From positions 51,635 through 115,634 of the forward strand of contig JBAYHC010000002.1 of NCBI GenBank assembly GCA_041666325.1: 64,000 nt of DNA, in the 5' to 3' direction. The notes under the pieces are model-generated. The model was not told the origin of the DNA. It worked only from the letters and a program-made list of their open reading frames with translations, and searched no databases. Numbering within the stretch: position 1 is the stretch's first letter; each line of letters opens with the position of its first letter. The position numbers and the translations under genes were made by a program. Shown here piece by piece: positions 49,741 to 59,011 of the stretch. The DNA is from Patescibacteria group bacterium (GTDB lineage Bacteria; Patescibacteriota; UBA1384; XYA2-FULL-43-10; 1-14-0-10-43-13).

Positions 49741-49830
49741 TCTTGCAACGGTTGACGCAGATTAATTGATGATGGCATACTGGTGTGGTTGTCGTCCCTT
49801 GAACAAGTAGATCTAACTATGAGGTGAGGT

Positions 49831-50250
49831 ATGAGTAAGAGCAGCAAGCGCTATCTCAACATTTTTCGCATGGCGTTTTTCCGTGAGAAATATCGCTTTG
49901 ATCAGGGCAATGCCTTCTTGGTCTTTTTTAACTTTTCTTTGCTTGTGATTTCGGTGGTCAAGCAGTATGGCGGGAGTCAGAGCTCAATTCCGATTTACGT
50001 CACTGCCGGTCTGCTCGGAACCTGGTTTCTTGGTTATGTTCTTGACCGGTTTATCAAAGTTCAGGACGCTCAAGAGCGAGTTGCTCTGAAGCGAAGTCCT
50101 ATTTGGAAGGAGAACTTCGATCGTCAGGATGAGCACAATAAAACATTGCGAGAAGCAATCCAGCGTCTCGAGGACCTTGAAGCCTTAATTCGAGGCGAGA
50201 TTACCGATGATGAGTCGACGTTCTCAGTGGTGGGGAGAAAGCAAGTATAA
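49831..50250 (+). CDS. Hypothetical membrane protein (2 TM plus coiled coil)
   Basis: GAGGT RBS, upstream TTGACG promoter-like element, terminator at 50255-50281. Confidence 0.7.
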   Translation: MSKSSKRYLNIFRMAFFREKYRFDQGNAFLVFFNFSLLVISVVKQYGGSQSSIPIYVTAGLLGTWFLGYVLDRFIKVQDAQERVALKRSPIWKENFDRQDEHNKTLREAIQRLEDLEALIRGEITDDESTFSVVGRKQV

Positions 50251-50313
50251 AAATAGCGCGGAACCATGGAGTTCCGCGCTGAGAGATAATGAGCACAGAG
50301 ATTGGCTGTCTAT

Positions 50314-50613
50314 CTAACGACGATAATCATGTCGGAAGAGACAATTCGGTGAACTTTCATTAGTGGTTGGCCAAACTCTTCCGGATTCAATGTGCTTGAT
50401 AAGATTCGGGATGGATTCACTTGCTTCAGCAGGTGAGATATAGCGATAGCTCCGGCTCAGACAAACTTCCGTCTTTTGCCCAGCTTCTGTGACATCGTAA
50501 GCAACAATGTGCCAAACATGATCACGATCAATTGCGGGGATAGGGGGCACTTCTCGGTGTTCAATGAGCAGTTGGAGTCTTATACCCTGCGATGTCGTTG
50601 CTGTTGCGATCAC
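50314..50613 (-). CDS. Hypothetical protein downstream of the candidate attenuator
   Basis: 99-aa ORF, GTG start with AAGGAG upstream. Confidence 0.45.
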   Translation of the reverse strand: MIATATTSQGIRLQLLIEHREVPPIPAIDRDHVWHIVAYDVTEAGQKTEVCLSRSYRYISPAEASESIPNLIKHIESGRVWPTTNESSPNCLFRHDYRR

Positions 50614-50697
50614 GGATCTCTCCTTCCAGCTTCCTAGGTGGCCAGGTATGTATTACCTAGCCATCGGAAAGCTGGAAGGGAAGAATTTAAATATTAC

Positions 50698-50722
50698 AAA
50701 AAATCACCGTTTGGCGGTGATT
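50698..50722 (-). terminator. Attenuator terminator
   Basis: Minus strand aatcaccg-ccaaa-cggtgatttttt. Confidence 0.7.
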
Positions 50723-50758
50723 ATCTTTGTCTTATAAGGTATTGAACTTAAACCGAAA

Positions 50759-50821
50759 TCACCGCCACGGAGTGGGAGATAGAAGGACGAGCAAGAGATT
50801 TTGGCTGAAGGTATAATTCAT
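50759..50821 (-). CDS. Putative Leu-rich leader peptide MNYTFSQNLLLVLLSPTPWR
   Basis: Translated by hand; run CTC TTG CTC GTC CTT CTA; its 3' end is an 11-nt perfect complement of the terminator 5' arm; TTGACA at 50857-50852. Confidence 0.55.
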   Translation of the reverse strand: MNYTFSQNLLLVLLSPTPWR

Positions 50822-50917
50822 TAATCTATATATAATATATTGACCTGTTCTTGTCAAATACTACTTCTTCGGCATAAAAAAGAATGGCCGGGGGCCATTC
50901 GGGGAGAGTGTAACAAC

Positions 50918-51175
50918 TCAGAGTTGGGAACAGTAGACCGGAAAATCCTCTTGGTGAATACACAAAGTGAGTCTGCGAGTAGATTGGTCTCTTTTGATGA
51001 AGCGATCGGTCGGGCAGAGAACAGCATCACCTTCACTCAGTGAGCGCTGATTGAAAACGTACTCCGGAAACGTATAGGTTTCCCAGGGCAAGCCCAATAT
51101 CCTTTGCCCTTTCTTGGTCTGGGCGCCAACTGTTCCAAGGTAGAAGGCAGATGACGAATTTGCCGGTGTTTTCAT
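50918..51175 (-). CDS. Possible small hypothetical protein
   Basis: 85-aa ORF from ATG at 51175 with a terminator-like hairpin at ~50876-50902; weak support. Confidence 0.3.
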   Translation of the reverse strand: MKTPANSSSAFYLGTVGAQTKKGQRILGLPWETYTFPEYVFNQRSLSEGDAVLCPTDRFIKRDQSTRRLTLCIHQEDFPVYCSQL

Positions 51176-51307
51176 CTCAGTAATGTTTATATCACAATCG
51201 ATATATCTAGTCAACGGAAAACCATTGACAAATTAAGCAATTTATGGTAGTATCTGCGCATCGTCAATCGGGGCATTGGGCCACATTCAGTGAAGGAGGA
51301 AACGGCT

Positions 51308-52108
51308 GTGAAGAGAACATTGTGCGGATTGATGCTTGGTTTCGCTCTGGTGGCGCAGGGGTGCGGTGGCGGGAGCAACAGCCCCGTGGTACCTGCCGCG
51401 ACCGAAGGACGCTTCTTGGTCGCCTTCGAGCAGTACGACGCGCAGATCAGCGACCACGTCACCCCGGTGATTGAGAGCGGTGTCGAGTTCCGTATCGACA
51501 TCGCCGGCCTGTCATCGCCGCGGTCACGGGGAGGGATCGATCCCTCATCTGCCACCTATCGCTGGCTCAAGGATGGCCGGCCGTTCGATCCGGGCATTGT
51601 CGTGACGGCGGGTCAGGAGCGGCGTGGTTGGATGATCGGAATCCCCAACCGGCACGAGGACTTTGGTGACACGGCCTTCCAGGTCGTGGCCGAGATCACC
51701 GACCAGGGGCAGACCTTCATCGCCCGCCGGACCTTCTTCGTCCGGCCCTGGTCCACGGTCAAACCGGCAGCACCGATTCTGCAGACGGATGCCTTCTCGG
51801 GTGACCCGGCCAGGTCGCGCTATTACAACGAGGTCGGGGGCTATTACGTCGGCATTCTGGACGCGAGGATCGACATCCTCAACGGCGGTGGCGCCGAGGG
51901 CGCGCGCGAGGCCAAGGGGCGTGGCCCCGGCGGATCGTACTGGGAGGTATCCACCAATGGCACTCGCTTGCCGCTTACACCAAGCAGGCCGGGCTGGTGG
52001 ACGGTGTCGCTGGTGAGCCCCGGGGGTTACGTTTCCCGGCCGGCTTGGCTCTGGGTCTACGACCCGGCCAACCCGGGGGCAACCCCGCCCGCCCGCCCGG
52101 ATTGGTAG
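51308..52108 (+). CDS. Putative lipoprotein, GC-rich orphan
   Basis: AAGGAGG before GTG; signal peptide ..FALVAQG-C GGGS; TTGACA promoter-like element at ~51225. Confidence 0.75.
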   Translation: MKRTLCGLMLGFALVAQGCGGGSNSPVVPAATEGRFLVAFEQYDAQISDHVTPVIESGVEFRIDIAGLSSPRSRGGIDPSSATYRWLKDGRPFDPGIVVTAGQERRGWMIGIPNRHEDFGDTAFQVVAEITDQGQTFIARRTFFVRPWSTVKPAAPILQTDAFSGDPARSRYYNEVGGYYVGILDARIDILNGGGAEGAREAKGRGPGGSYWEVSTNGTRLPLTPSRPGWWTVSLVSPGGYVSRPAWLWVYDPANPGATPPARPDW

Positions 52109-52127
52109 TTCTGTTTCGCATTCACAA

Positions 52128-52160
52128 GGTCGGGCGCTTCGGCGCCCGACCCGTTTTTTT
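52128..52160 (+). terminator. Intrinsic terminator
   Basis: ggtcgggcgc-ttcg-gcgcccgacc followed by a T-run. Confidence 0.85.
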
Positions 52161-52231
52161 ACTTAAACCCTATTCCTTGAGATCTGAGGCTGTATTTGCT
52201 ACTATGAGTGCAAGTCTTTTATCACACAAAT

Positions 52232-53701
52232 ATGAAAAAATTCTACATCACCACTCCAATCTATTATGTTAACGATGTGCCGCACATTGGTCATGCCTAC
52301 ACCACTATTGCGGCCGATGTTTTGGCGCGGTATTACAAGAAAAAACTCGGACCCGACAAGGTCTTCTTTTTGACCGGCACAGATGAACATGGCGCCAAAA
52401 TCGCTGAAGCTGCCAGGAGAGCCGGCAAGGAACCGAGGGAATATGTTGATGAACTTGCCCCGAAGTTTCAAAAGACTTGGGAAAATTTAAATATTGAGTA
52501 CTCTGAATTTTTTCGTACAACTAATCCGTTGCATGAGGAAGCGGTACAGAATTTTGTTCAATGCCTCATGAACAACGGTTATGTTGAAAAACGCAGCTAT
52601 GAAGGGCTTTATTGTATATCATGCGAGCGGTACTACAAGGAAGAGGAGCTAGTTGAGGGGAAGTGCCCGGATCACAAGCGCGAATTAGTCAAGCAGTCTG
52701 AAGACAACTACTTCTTTCTGTTATCAAAGCCTGAAATATCGGAGCAACTTTTAGCAAAAATTGAGAACGGGGAACTAAAGATCGGTCCGGAAAGTCGCAA
52801 GAATGAGGTTGTTAGCAAAATTAAACTGGGCCTTGAGGATGTTAGTATTTCTCGCGCCGGAGTGAAGTGGGGGATACCATTTCCCGGAGACCCCGATCAG
52901 ACAATATACGTTTGGGTGGACGCACTGCTGAACTATTTCACGGCAGAGAAAATTTACTTCAAAAACGGACAACCAACAGATGGGCCAACTGACAACGAAC
53001 AAGCCTCCCCTGTCCTGTGGCCGGCCGATTTACATCTCATGGCCAAGGATATTCTCTGGTTCCATGCCGTCATCTGGCCGGCGATGCTGATTGCTGCCGG
53101 AGAAGAAACTCCAAAAAAAGTTTTTGCTCACGGCTTTTTTACCATCAATGGGACCAAGATGAGCAAGACTTTGGGCAATGTCATCGATCCAAATGAGGCT
53201 GTGACAAAGTTTGGTGCGGATGTTGTTCGCTATTCTCTGCTGCGTGAATTTCCGTTTGGTGAAGATGGCGATATCTCACTGGAGAAGATGCAAGGTCGCT
53301 ATCAGGAGCTCGGCAACAATATCGGTAACCTTTTTCAAAGAACTATCTCTATGATTAATAAGTATGACACCAAGGTTACGAAAACCGAAAACAAAGATGA
53401 GTATGACTACGGACTAGTCGATATGGTTGACAACGTTGTGGATGAGTTGAGATTTGATATGGTTCTTGCTTCAATCGATTCCTATGCAACAATGTGCAAT
53501 ACTTATATTAACGAGCATAAACCATGGGTTTTAGCAGTTTCTGATCCGGAGTTATTAACCAAAGTCTTGAATCGAGTTTTCAATAATCTCTATTCGATCG
53601 TCCTGGCGCTTGAGCCGTTTATGCCCGAAACTGCCAAGAAGATGAACACTCAGCTTGAGACATTGCGGCCGGAGCCGTTGTTTCCCAGACTTGAATCTTA
53701 G
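52232..53701 (+). CDS. metG: Methionyl-tRNA synthetase (short form, no C-terminal tRNA-binding domain)
   Basis: TTPIYYVN..HIGH, GTDEHG, YVWVDAL and KMSKT motifs. Confidence 0.96.
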   Translation: MKKFYITTPIYYVNDVPHIGHAYTTIAADVLARYYKKKLGPDKVFFLTGTDEHGAKIAEAARRAGKEPREYVDELAPKFQKTWENLNIEYSEFFRTTNPLHEEAVQNFVQCLMNNGYVEKRSYEGLYCISCERYYKEEELVEGKCPDHKRELVKQSEDNYFFLLSKPEISEQLLAKIENGELKIGPESRKNEVVSKIKLGLEDVSISRAGVKWGIPFPGDPDQTIYVWVDALLNYFTAEKIYFKNGQPTDGPTDNEQASPVLWPADLHLMAKDILWFHAVIWPAMLIAAGEETPKKVFAHGFFTINGTKMSKTLGNVIDPNEAVTKFGADVVRYSLLREFPFGEDGDISLEKMQGRYQELGNNIGNLFQRTISMINKYDTKVTKTENKDEYDYGLVDMVDNVVDELRFDMVLASIDSYATMCNTYINEHKPWVLAVSDPELLTKVLNRVFNNLYSIVLALEPFMPETAKKMNTQLETLRPEPLFPRLES

Positions 53702-53755
53702 TAAAATCGGGAACGTTTCTTGCGGAGAAGCGTCCCTATATCCAGGAGGGGTTTC

Positions 53756-54595
53756 ATGTTGGAAGCGCTGATCGCCTCAATCGGTTACTCTGGCGGAATT
53801 ATTGCCGATAAAATTATCCTTTCCCGCCATCGCATCCCGGTGATGCGCTTTATCCCATTGCTTTTTATTTGGTTGGCAGTTATCACTGGTCTCTTCTTGG
53901 CCAAATGGGGTAGCGTCAATACCGATACCTTATATTCTCCCGCTAATCTAGTTTTGTTCGTACTAATGATCTTGGCGGCAGTGGCCTGGAATATCCTCTA
54001 CTATCGCGGGGTTCAGAAGGAGAATCTGGCAGAGTTCGAGCTCATCATGCTTCTTACTCCGCTAGCTACGATCATTTTTGCGGGCATATTTTTGCCCGCA
54101 GAGAGAAATGCCTCGGCGTTCGCTGCCGGGCTAATTGCCTCACTTGCTCTTGTTGCTTCGCGTTTTCGTCGTCACCATGTCCGCCTGAGCCGGGTAGCGA
54201 AGCAAAGTATGCTCGCGATGATTTTTATGTCTTTGGAGTCAATTTTTATCAAGGAATTACTTGAGGTTTTCTCGCCGGTAGCGCTCTATTTCGTCCGTAC
54301 CACGGTTTTGGCTGTTGTTTTCCTTCTTCTGTACCGGCCGAAACTATTGGCCTTCTCGCCCACTGCATTTGCTCTAACCATAATCTCAGCCGTTTTCGGT
54401 GTTGTGCAGATGGTGTTGAAGTTTTATGGTTTTCAAAATGTGGGCATCGTTGAAACCACGATGATACTGTTGCTCGGTCCCTTCTTTGTTTATATTTTTA
54501 GTTATTTTTATTTCCATGAGCGGCTTTATAAGAGAGACGTGGCAGCGTTGGCGGCGATTGTCGTTAGTATTTTGTATGTAGAGTTTTGGAAGTAA
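53756..54595 (+). CDS. EamA/DMT-family transporter
   Basis: About 10 TM in two repeats; AGGAGG RBS. Confidence 0.75.
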   Translation: MLEALIASIGYSGGIIADKIILSRHRIPVMRFIPLLFIWLAVITGLFLAKWGSVNTDTLYSPANLVLFVLMILAAVAWNILYYRGVQKENLAEFELIMLLTPLATIIFAGIFLPAERNASAFAAGLIASLALVASRFRRHHVRLSRVAKQSMLAMIFMSLESIFIKELLEVFSPVALYFVRTTVLAVVFLLLYRPKLLAFSPTAFALTIISAVFGVVQMVLKFYGFQNVGIVETTMILLLGPFFVYIFSYFYFHERLYKRDVAALAAIVVSILYVEFWK

Positions 54596-54600
54596 CTAGC

Positions 54601-54706
54601 AGTTCGTGAAGTTCTTAAAGTTTATAAAGTTTGTAAAGAAATAGCTTCAATAGCGTTTTCTTCCTGCGAACTTTATGAACCTTATGAACTTGTAACTTTA
54701 TAAACT
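54601..54706. repeat. Inverted array of 9-nt units (gtttataaa / tttatgaac)
   Basis: Same family as 22941-23060. Confidence 0.7.
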
Positions 54707-54712
54707 TATTTC

Positions 54713-55501
54713 ATGTTTATTGATACCCATTGCCATCTAAATTTTCCAGAGTTCAAGAATGAGATCTCGGCCGTAATCGGCCGAGCTGTTGATGCTGGTG
54801 TTAACAGAATGGTAAATGTTGGTATTGACCTTGACACGTCGAAACGCTCACTTGAGCTTGCTCGTCGTTATCCTGAAGTCTACGCTACGGTCGGCATTCA
54901 CCCCCATTGCTCTCCGGACTTAAGTATCGAGACCTGGAGCGACTTGTCTGTTCTGGCGGCCCATCCCAAGGTTGTGGCGATTGGTGAAATTGGCCTTGAC
55001 TACTATTACCTCAAACGATCTTCCCGCTATGCCGACTCCCCTTCTCGTGAAGATCAAATCTTTTGTTTTGAGCGCATGCTTGATCTTGCTTTGGAGACAA
55101 AACTCCCGGTTATAATTCACAGTCGCGAGGCTGACGCGGACATGCTGGGGATACTTAAGAGCTATAGCGGTTCGCTACGCGGTGTTTTTCATTGTTTCTC
55201 TGGCGATACGTACTTTGCCGAGAAGGTGCTCGATCTTGGTTTCGCGATCTCTTTTACTGGAAACATCACATATAAAAAATCAGTTGATACCTGTGAGGCC
55301 ATCGAGCGGATTCCTCTGGGCTCGATCATGATTGAGACAGACGCTCCGTATTTAGCGCCTGAGCCATTTCGGGGCCAGCGCAATGAGCCTGCTCATGTGG
55401 TAGATGTAGCGCAGAAGATAGCCGAAATCAAGAAATTAAGCCTGGCTGAGGTTGAGCGAGAGACGACTAAAAAGGCAAAGAAACTATTTGGTATTGAGTA
55501 A
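54713..55501 (+). CDS. tatD: TatD-family DNase
   Basis: DTHCHL, GIHP, GEIGLDY, HSR, HCF and ETDAPY motifs. Confidence 0.95.
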   Translation: MFIDTHCHLNFPEFKNEISAVIGRAVDAGVNRMVNVGIDLDTSKRSLELARRYPEVYATVGIHPHCSPDLSIETWSDLSVLAAHPKVVAIGEIGLDYYYLKRSSRYADSPSREDQIFCFERMLDLALETKLPVIIHSREADADMLGILKSYSGSLRGVFHCFSGDTYFAEKVLDLGFAISFTGNITYKKSVDTCEAIERIPLGSIMIETDAPYLAPEPFRGQRNEPAHVVDVAQKIAEIKKLSLAEVERETTKKAKKLFGIE

Positions 55502-55599
55502 TTAGCACTAATCTGTTCATTGGCATTGACAAAATGCCTTTTTTGTGCTATACTCGCGAAGTTATCGCGAGCGTGTGATAACTCTGAAGGGGGAAGATC

Positions 55600-55788
55600 G
55601 TGTTAAAAGTCATGTTGACTATCATCGCCGGTTGGGCGGTGTTCGGCTTTTCGGTTTGGTTCTTTGTCACCAACAAGACGTGGGACATCGGGGGCAACCA
55701 GCTCCTCGCCACGATAATGTTGGCTGCAGCAGGGATACTGCTTGTCATCTTCGGCATCATCGCACTGATCGAAAGGAGACGCCGGTGA
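55600..55788 (+). CDS. Small 2-TM membrane protein with basic C-terminus
   Basis: GGGGG RBS; stop overlaps the amidase start (GTGA). Confidence 0.55.
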   Translation: MLKVMLTIIAGWAVFGFSVWFFVTNKTWDIGGNQLLATIMLAAAGILLVIFGIIALIERRRR

Positions 55789-56906
55789 GAGGCATTCTGT
55801 GGAAGACGTTCGTTGGATTGTTTGTGTGGCTTGGCGGCAAATTGCCTGGGTGGAAGAAGTCTGCCCGGCAGCAGTACCGCCGTCACGGGGGTGTTATCCG
55901 GGGTTTGGGGTACGCTGCAATCGGTCTGGTTCTTCTGTCTCTGGCCAGTCACTACTTCGGTGATGACCATAAGCAGATGACCAAGAAGTCACACAAGCCG
56001 GGCAGGGTGGCCACACGGCCCGATCACCCGACGAAGCCGGAGTGGCAGACTTCGACGCCAAAGAAGCCGAATCGTACGTGGCGGGAACGGGGTCTGACGA
56101 CGGCGCAATTGCGCCAGATCTACCGCCACCCGCGGGTCCAGCAGGGGCCGCACGGTCCTGAGCTGGTGGGGCAGACCAAGCCCCACCCCAACCCGTGGAA
56201 GCCGACGTCGCGCGGGTTGCTCAGTGGCCTAATCGTCGTCGTCGACCCAGGTCACGGCGGCGTGGATCCCGGCAGCTCCTTCGAGCATGCCGGCGCCGGC
56301 TTCTGGGAATCGGCCTACACATACAGGGCCGCCTACGAGCTCATGCAGCTTCTGCGGGCCAAGGGGGCTACAGTCCACCTGACCTGTTGGAGTGACGTCA
56401 TGACTTTGCCGGAACCGCCGCGGGCCGCTGTCCCCATGCCGCTGCCACGTGACGCCCGAACTATTCGCGAAGGTCTGGCTGTCAGATTGTCGACGCGGGT
56501 GCTCAACGCCCGTATCGACTACGCCGATGACTTGGCTAAGCGGTACGGGGGAAAGAGGGTCCTTTTTGTCTCGCTCCATACTGATTGGGAGAGGCAGGGG
56601 CTTTCCGGCGCTTTCGTCTGCATCAACCCCGGCGAGCCGGCTCCGCTCCTGGCCACGTGCATCGCGGCCGAGCTGGAGCGGAAGAACTACCGCCGGCGCG
56701 ACAACGGCAAGCCGCGTTCCTGCGTCGTGCCTCAGGCGAAGAAGTATGTGCTCTTCGCCGGCAAGACGCCGCAGCGGGTCATCGTCGAGATGGCGACGAC
56801 CACGGCGCCGGCTGACGGCTTCCGTATTCGCTGGGAGCGCAACCGGATGGATCTCCTGAAGACCATCCTGGCGGGGATCGAGAGCTATGCCGCGGAGACG
56901 TGGTGA
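55785..56906 (+). CDS. Membrane-anchored N-acetylmuramoyl-L-alanine amidase (Amidase_3)
   Basis: VVDPGHGG.DPG, E, VSLH.D and IVEM (Zn ligands and catalytic Glu); AGGAG before GTG; GC-rich. Confidence 0.82.
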   Translation: MRGILWKTFVGLFVWLGGKLPGWKKSARQQYRRHGGVIRGLGYAAIGLVLLSLASHYFGDDHKQMTKKSHKPGRVATRPDHPTKPEWQTSTPKKPNRTWRERGLTTAQLRQIYRHPRVQQGPHGPELVGQTKPHPNPWKPTSRGLLSGLIVVVDPGHGGVDPGSSFEHAGAGFWESAYTYRAAYELMQLLRAKGATVHLTCWSDVMTLPEPPRAAVPMPLPRDARTIREGLAVRLSTRVLNARIDYADDLAKRYGGKRVLFVSLHTDWERQGLSGAFVCINPGEPAPLLATCIAAELERKNYRRRDNGKPRSCVVPQAKKYVLFAGKTPQRVIVEMATTTAPADGFRIRWERNRMDLLKTILAGIESYAAETW

Positions 56907-57056
56907 TGAAAGGAGAGATGTTCGTCAAATCCAGGGCCGGCCCTTGCCATGCGCGAGGCCGGCCCGAATTGTTTCGATACGATCTTTGATGTAACATTGC
57001 CTTGCCGGCACGACCAGTGTTGGCAAGCACAGTGTTTCAGAGAGGGGGATCAATCT

Positions 57057-58061
57057 TTGAGAAGAGAAGAAAAATCGGATCGTCTGCGAAGACGGCATGA
57101 GATAATGGGTTTTCTTGTGCTTTGCACTCTGATTCTACCATTGCTTTTGGTTGTTAGATGGTTCTGGTTGAATATCAAGCAAAGCGAAAAACGTTTGCCA
57201 TCATCTGGGAGCAGAGCTCAGTCCTTGTCCTCTGCCTGGTTACGCTCATTTACGATTCCAATCGAGTGCCACAAACATCTTGATCAGCACATTGTTTCCA
57301 ACGGGCGAGTTCCGGATCTTGGCGAGCGTATGGGCAAAGTGGATAAGCTCAAAAAACTGATCGACCAGCTTTGCGCAGAGAGAGGAATCAGCCCGGAATT
57401 GGCTTATGGTCTTATTCTCCATGAGTCGCATGGCGACGTGTGGAGTGTTGATTTCAAGACCAAGCTCGGCCAGGTTCCGGTGACGCAAGCTCATGTTGGG
57501 CTGGGCCAACTGAGTCAAGATTTTCTGCCGGAAGCGATGCGGGTGGATCCAGCTCGCTTGCGTGCTGCTGACGCGTGGCAGAGGGCGACACTCGATCGCA
57601 TTGCCCGCAAGCAGTGGCCGCCGACTGCGGCGGAACGTGTTTTGCTTAGCAAGTGGGCAGCCCTCGATTTGCGCTTCAATGCCAGATGGAATCTAGAGAA
57701 AACGCTTGATTATGTCAAGCAAAATCTCGAGATAACAGGCAATGAAACACTCGCTATCCTGGCACATTTGCGAGGAACTCGCTATCCATTGTGGTGGGTG
57801 GCGCGTTATCGCTTTGACCATGAACGAGTGCCTTACAACGAGGCTGACCGAATTCGACTTCATCGAACAACTGCGCCATATGTTAAGTCTGAGGGCATTG
57901 ACCTTTTTGACCTGATCGTTGACACGGGAGCCGAGGGCTCTCGCTATCGCAGCGATCGCAAGGCCCAAGTTTATTGCTTTTCTATCCTTGCTTGGAGTGA
58001 GCTATATGCTCGCCATCGCAAAACACTTCGTCCGCCCCGATTCAACGGGGCGGCTTTTTAA
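57057..58061 (+). CDS. Membrane-anchored lytic transglycosylase (SLT-like)
   Basis: N-terminal TM; GISPELAYGLILHES (catalytic Glu) and VGLGQL motifs; start uncertain (TTG 57057 or ATG 57105). Confidence 0.65.
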   Translation: MRREEKSDRLRRRHEIMGFLVLCTLILPLLLVVRWFWLNIKQSEKRLPSSGSRAQSLSSAWLRSFTIPIECHKHLDQHIVSNGRVPDLGERMGKVDKLKKLIDQLCAERGISPELAYGLILHESHGDVWSVDFKTKLGQVPVTQAHVGLGQLSQDFLPEAMRVDPARLRAADAWQRATLDRIARKQWPPTAAERVLLSKWAALDLRFNARWNLEKTLDYVKQNLEITGNETLAILAHLRGTRYPLWWVARYRFDHERVPYNEADRIRLHRTTAPYVKSEGIDLFDLIVDTGAEGSRYRSDRKAQVYCFSILAWSELYARHRKTLRPPRFNGAAF

Positions 58062-58104
58062 AACTTGAAGTTACGAGGCTAGTTTGCTACGCTACACATA
58101 TCAA

Positions 58105-58935
58105 ATGAATAAATTAGACACAAAAATTTTTGACGGTCGGGCAATCCGCAACCAGATTTTGGATGAATTGAAAAGCAAAATTAGCTCATCGAGTCATGTG
58201 CCTGTTTTGGCTGTTTTCCTTGTCGGTGACGATCCCGTATCAACCAATTACGTTGCGATCAAACAAAAAATTGCTGAGAAATTGGGGATTCAGGTTCGTC
58301 TGTTCCATTTCCCTGAATATGTTTCCGAGAAGGAGATCATAGACACGATTATTGATTTGAATAATAGGCCCATGATCAGCGGCATCATGGTTCAAATCCC
58401 ATTGCCCAAGGGCATAGATCGCGACAATATCATCAGGACAATTGATCCTGCCAAGGATGTTGACGGGTTGCGTTATTGCTTGGGACTGGAATCGGGGTTT
58501 CTGCCGCCGGTTGTTCTTGCAATCGAGAAAGCAATGGCTGGCGCGGGCGCCAATTTGGAGACAATGAACACCCTGATCATCGGACAAGGCTTTCTTGTCG
58601 GTAATCCACTTGTTAGGTATCTACACAACAAATATGAAAAAGTAAGAAAACTAACAATTCTTTCAAAACCGGTTGATAATTTAACAGCTATCACAACGAA
58701 GGCAGATATAATTATCTCTGCTGTTGGCAAAGCAGGCTTAATCGGTGGCAACATGATTAAGGCCGGTGCCATCCTAATAGACGCCGGTACCAGTGAGATA
58801 GGTGGAGAACTCAAGGGAGACATTGATCAAAGTGCTTACGACAAGGCTGCATTTATTACTCCTGTTCCCGGGGGAATTGGTCCTGTGACAGTTGCTATGC
58901 TGATGCAGAATTTGTTAGAAAACCCTATTGGCTAG
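58105..58935 (+). CDS. folD: Methylene-THF dehydrogenase/cyclohydrolase
   Basis: YVAIKQK, GIMVQIPLP, KDVDG and TPVPGGIGPVTVAML motifs. Confidence 0.93.
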   Translation: MNKLDTKIFDGRAIRNQILDELKSKISSSSHVPVLAVFLVGDDPVSTNYVAIKQKIAEKLGIQVRLFHFPEYVSEKEIIDTIIDLNNRPMISGIMVQIPLPKGIDRDNIIRTIDPAKDVDGLRYCLGLESGFLPPVVLAIEKAMAGAGANLETMNTLIIGQGFLVGNPLVRYLHNKYEKVRKLTILSKPVDNLTAITTKADIIISAVGKAGLIGGNMIKAGAILIDAGTSEIGGELKGDIDQSAYDKAAFITPVPGGIGPVTVAMLMQNLLENPIG

Positions 58936-59011
58936 ATGAACTATTATAAAGACAAAGCGCACGTGATGCAGGCGGTTTCTTTTTTGCTGGCTTTTGACTA
59001 TATATAGGTAT

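Noticed and set aside
55545-55784. Long N-terminus of the amidase ORF
   Set aside because: Its start lies inside the promoter; a 62-aa gene in another frame and an SD before GTG 55785 explain the region better
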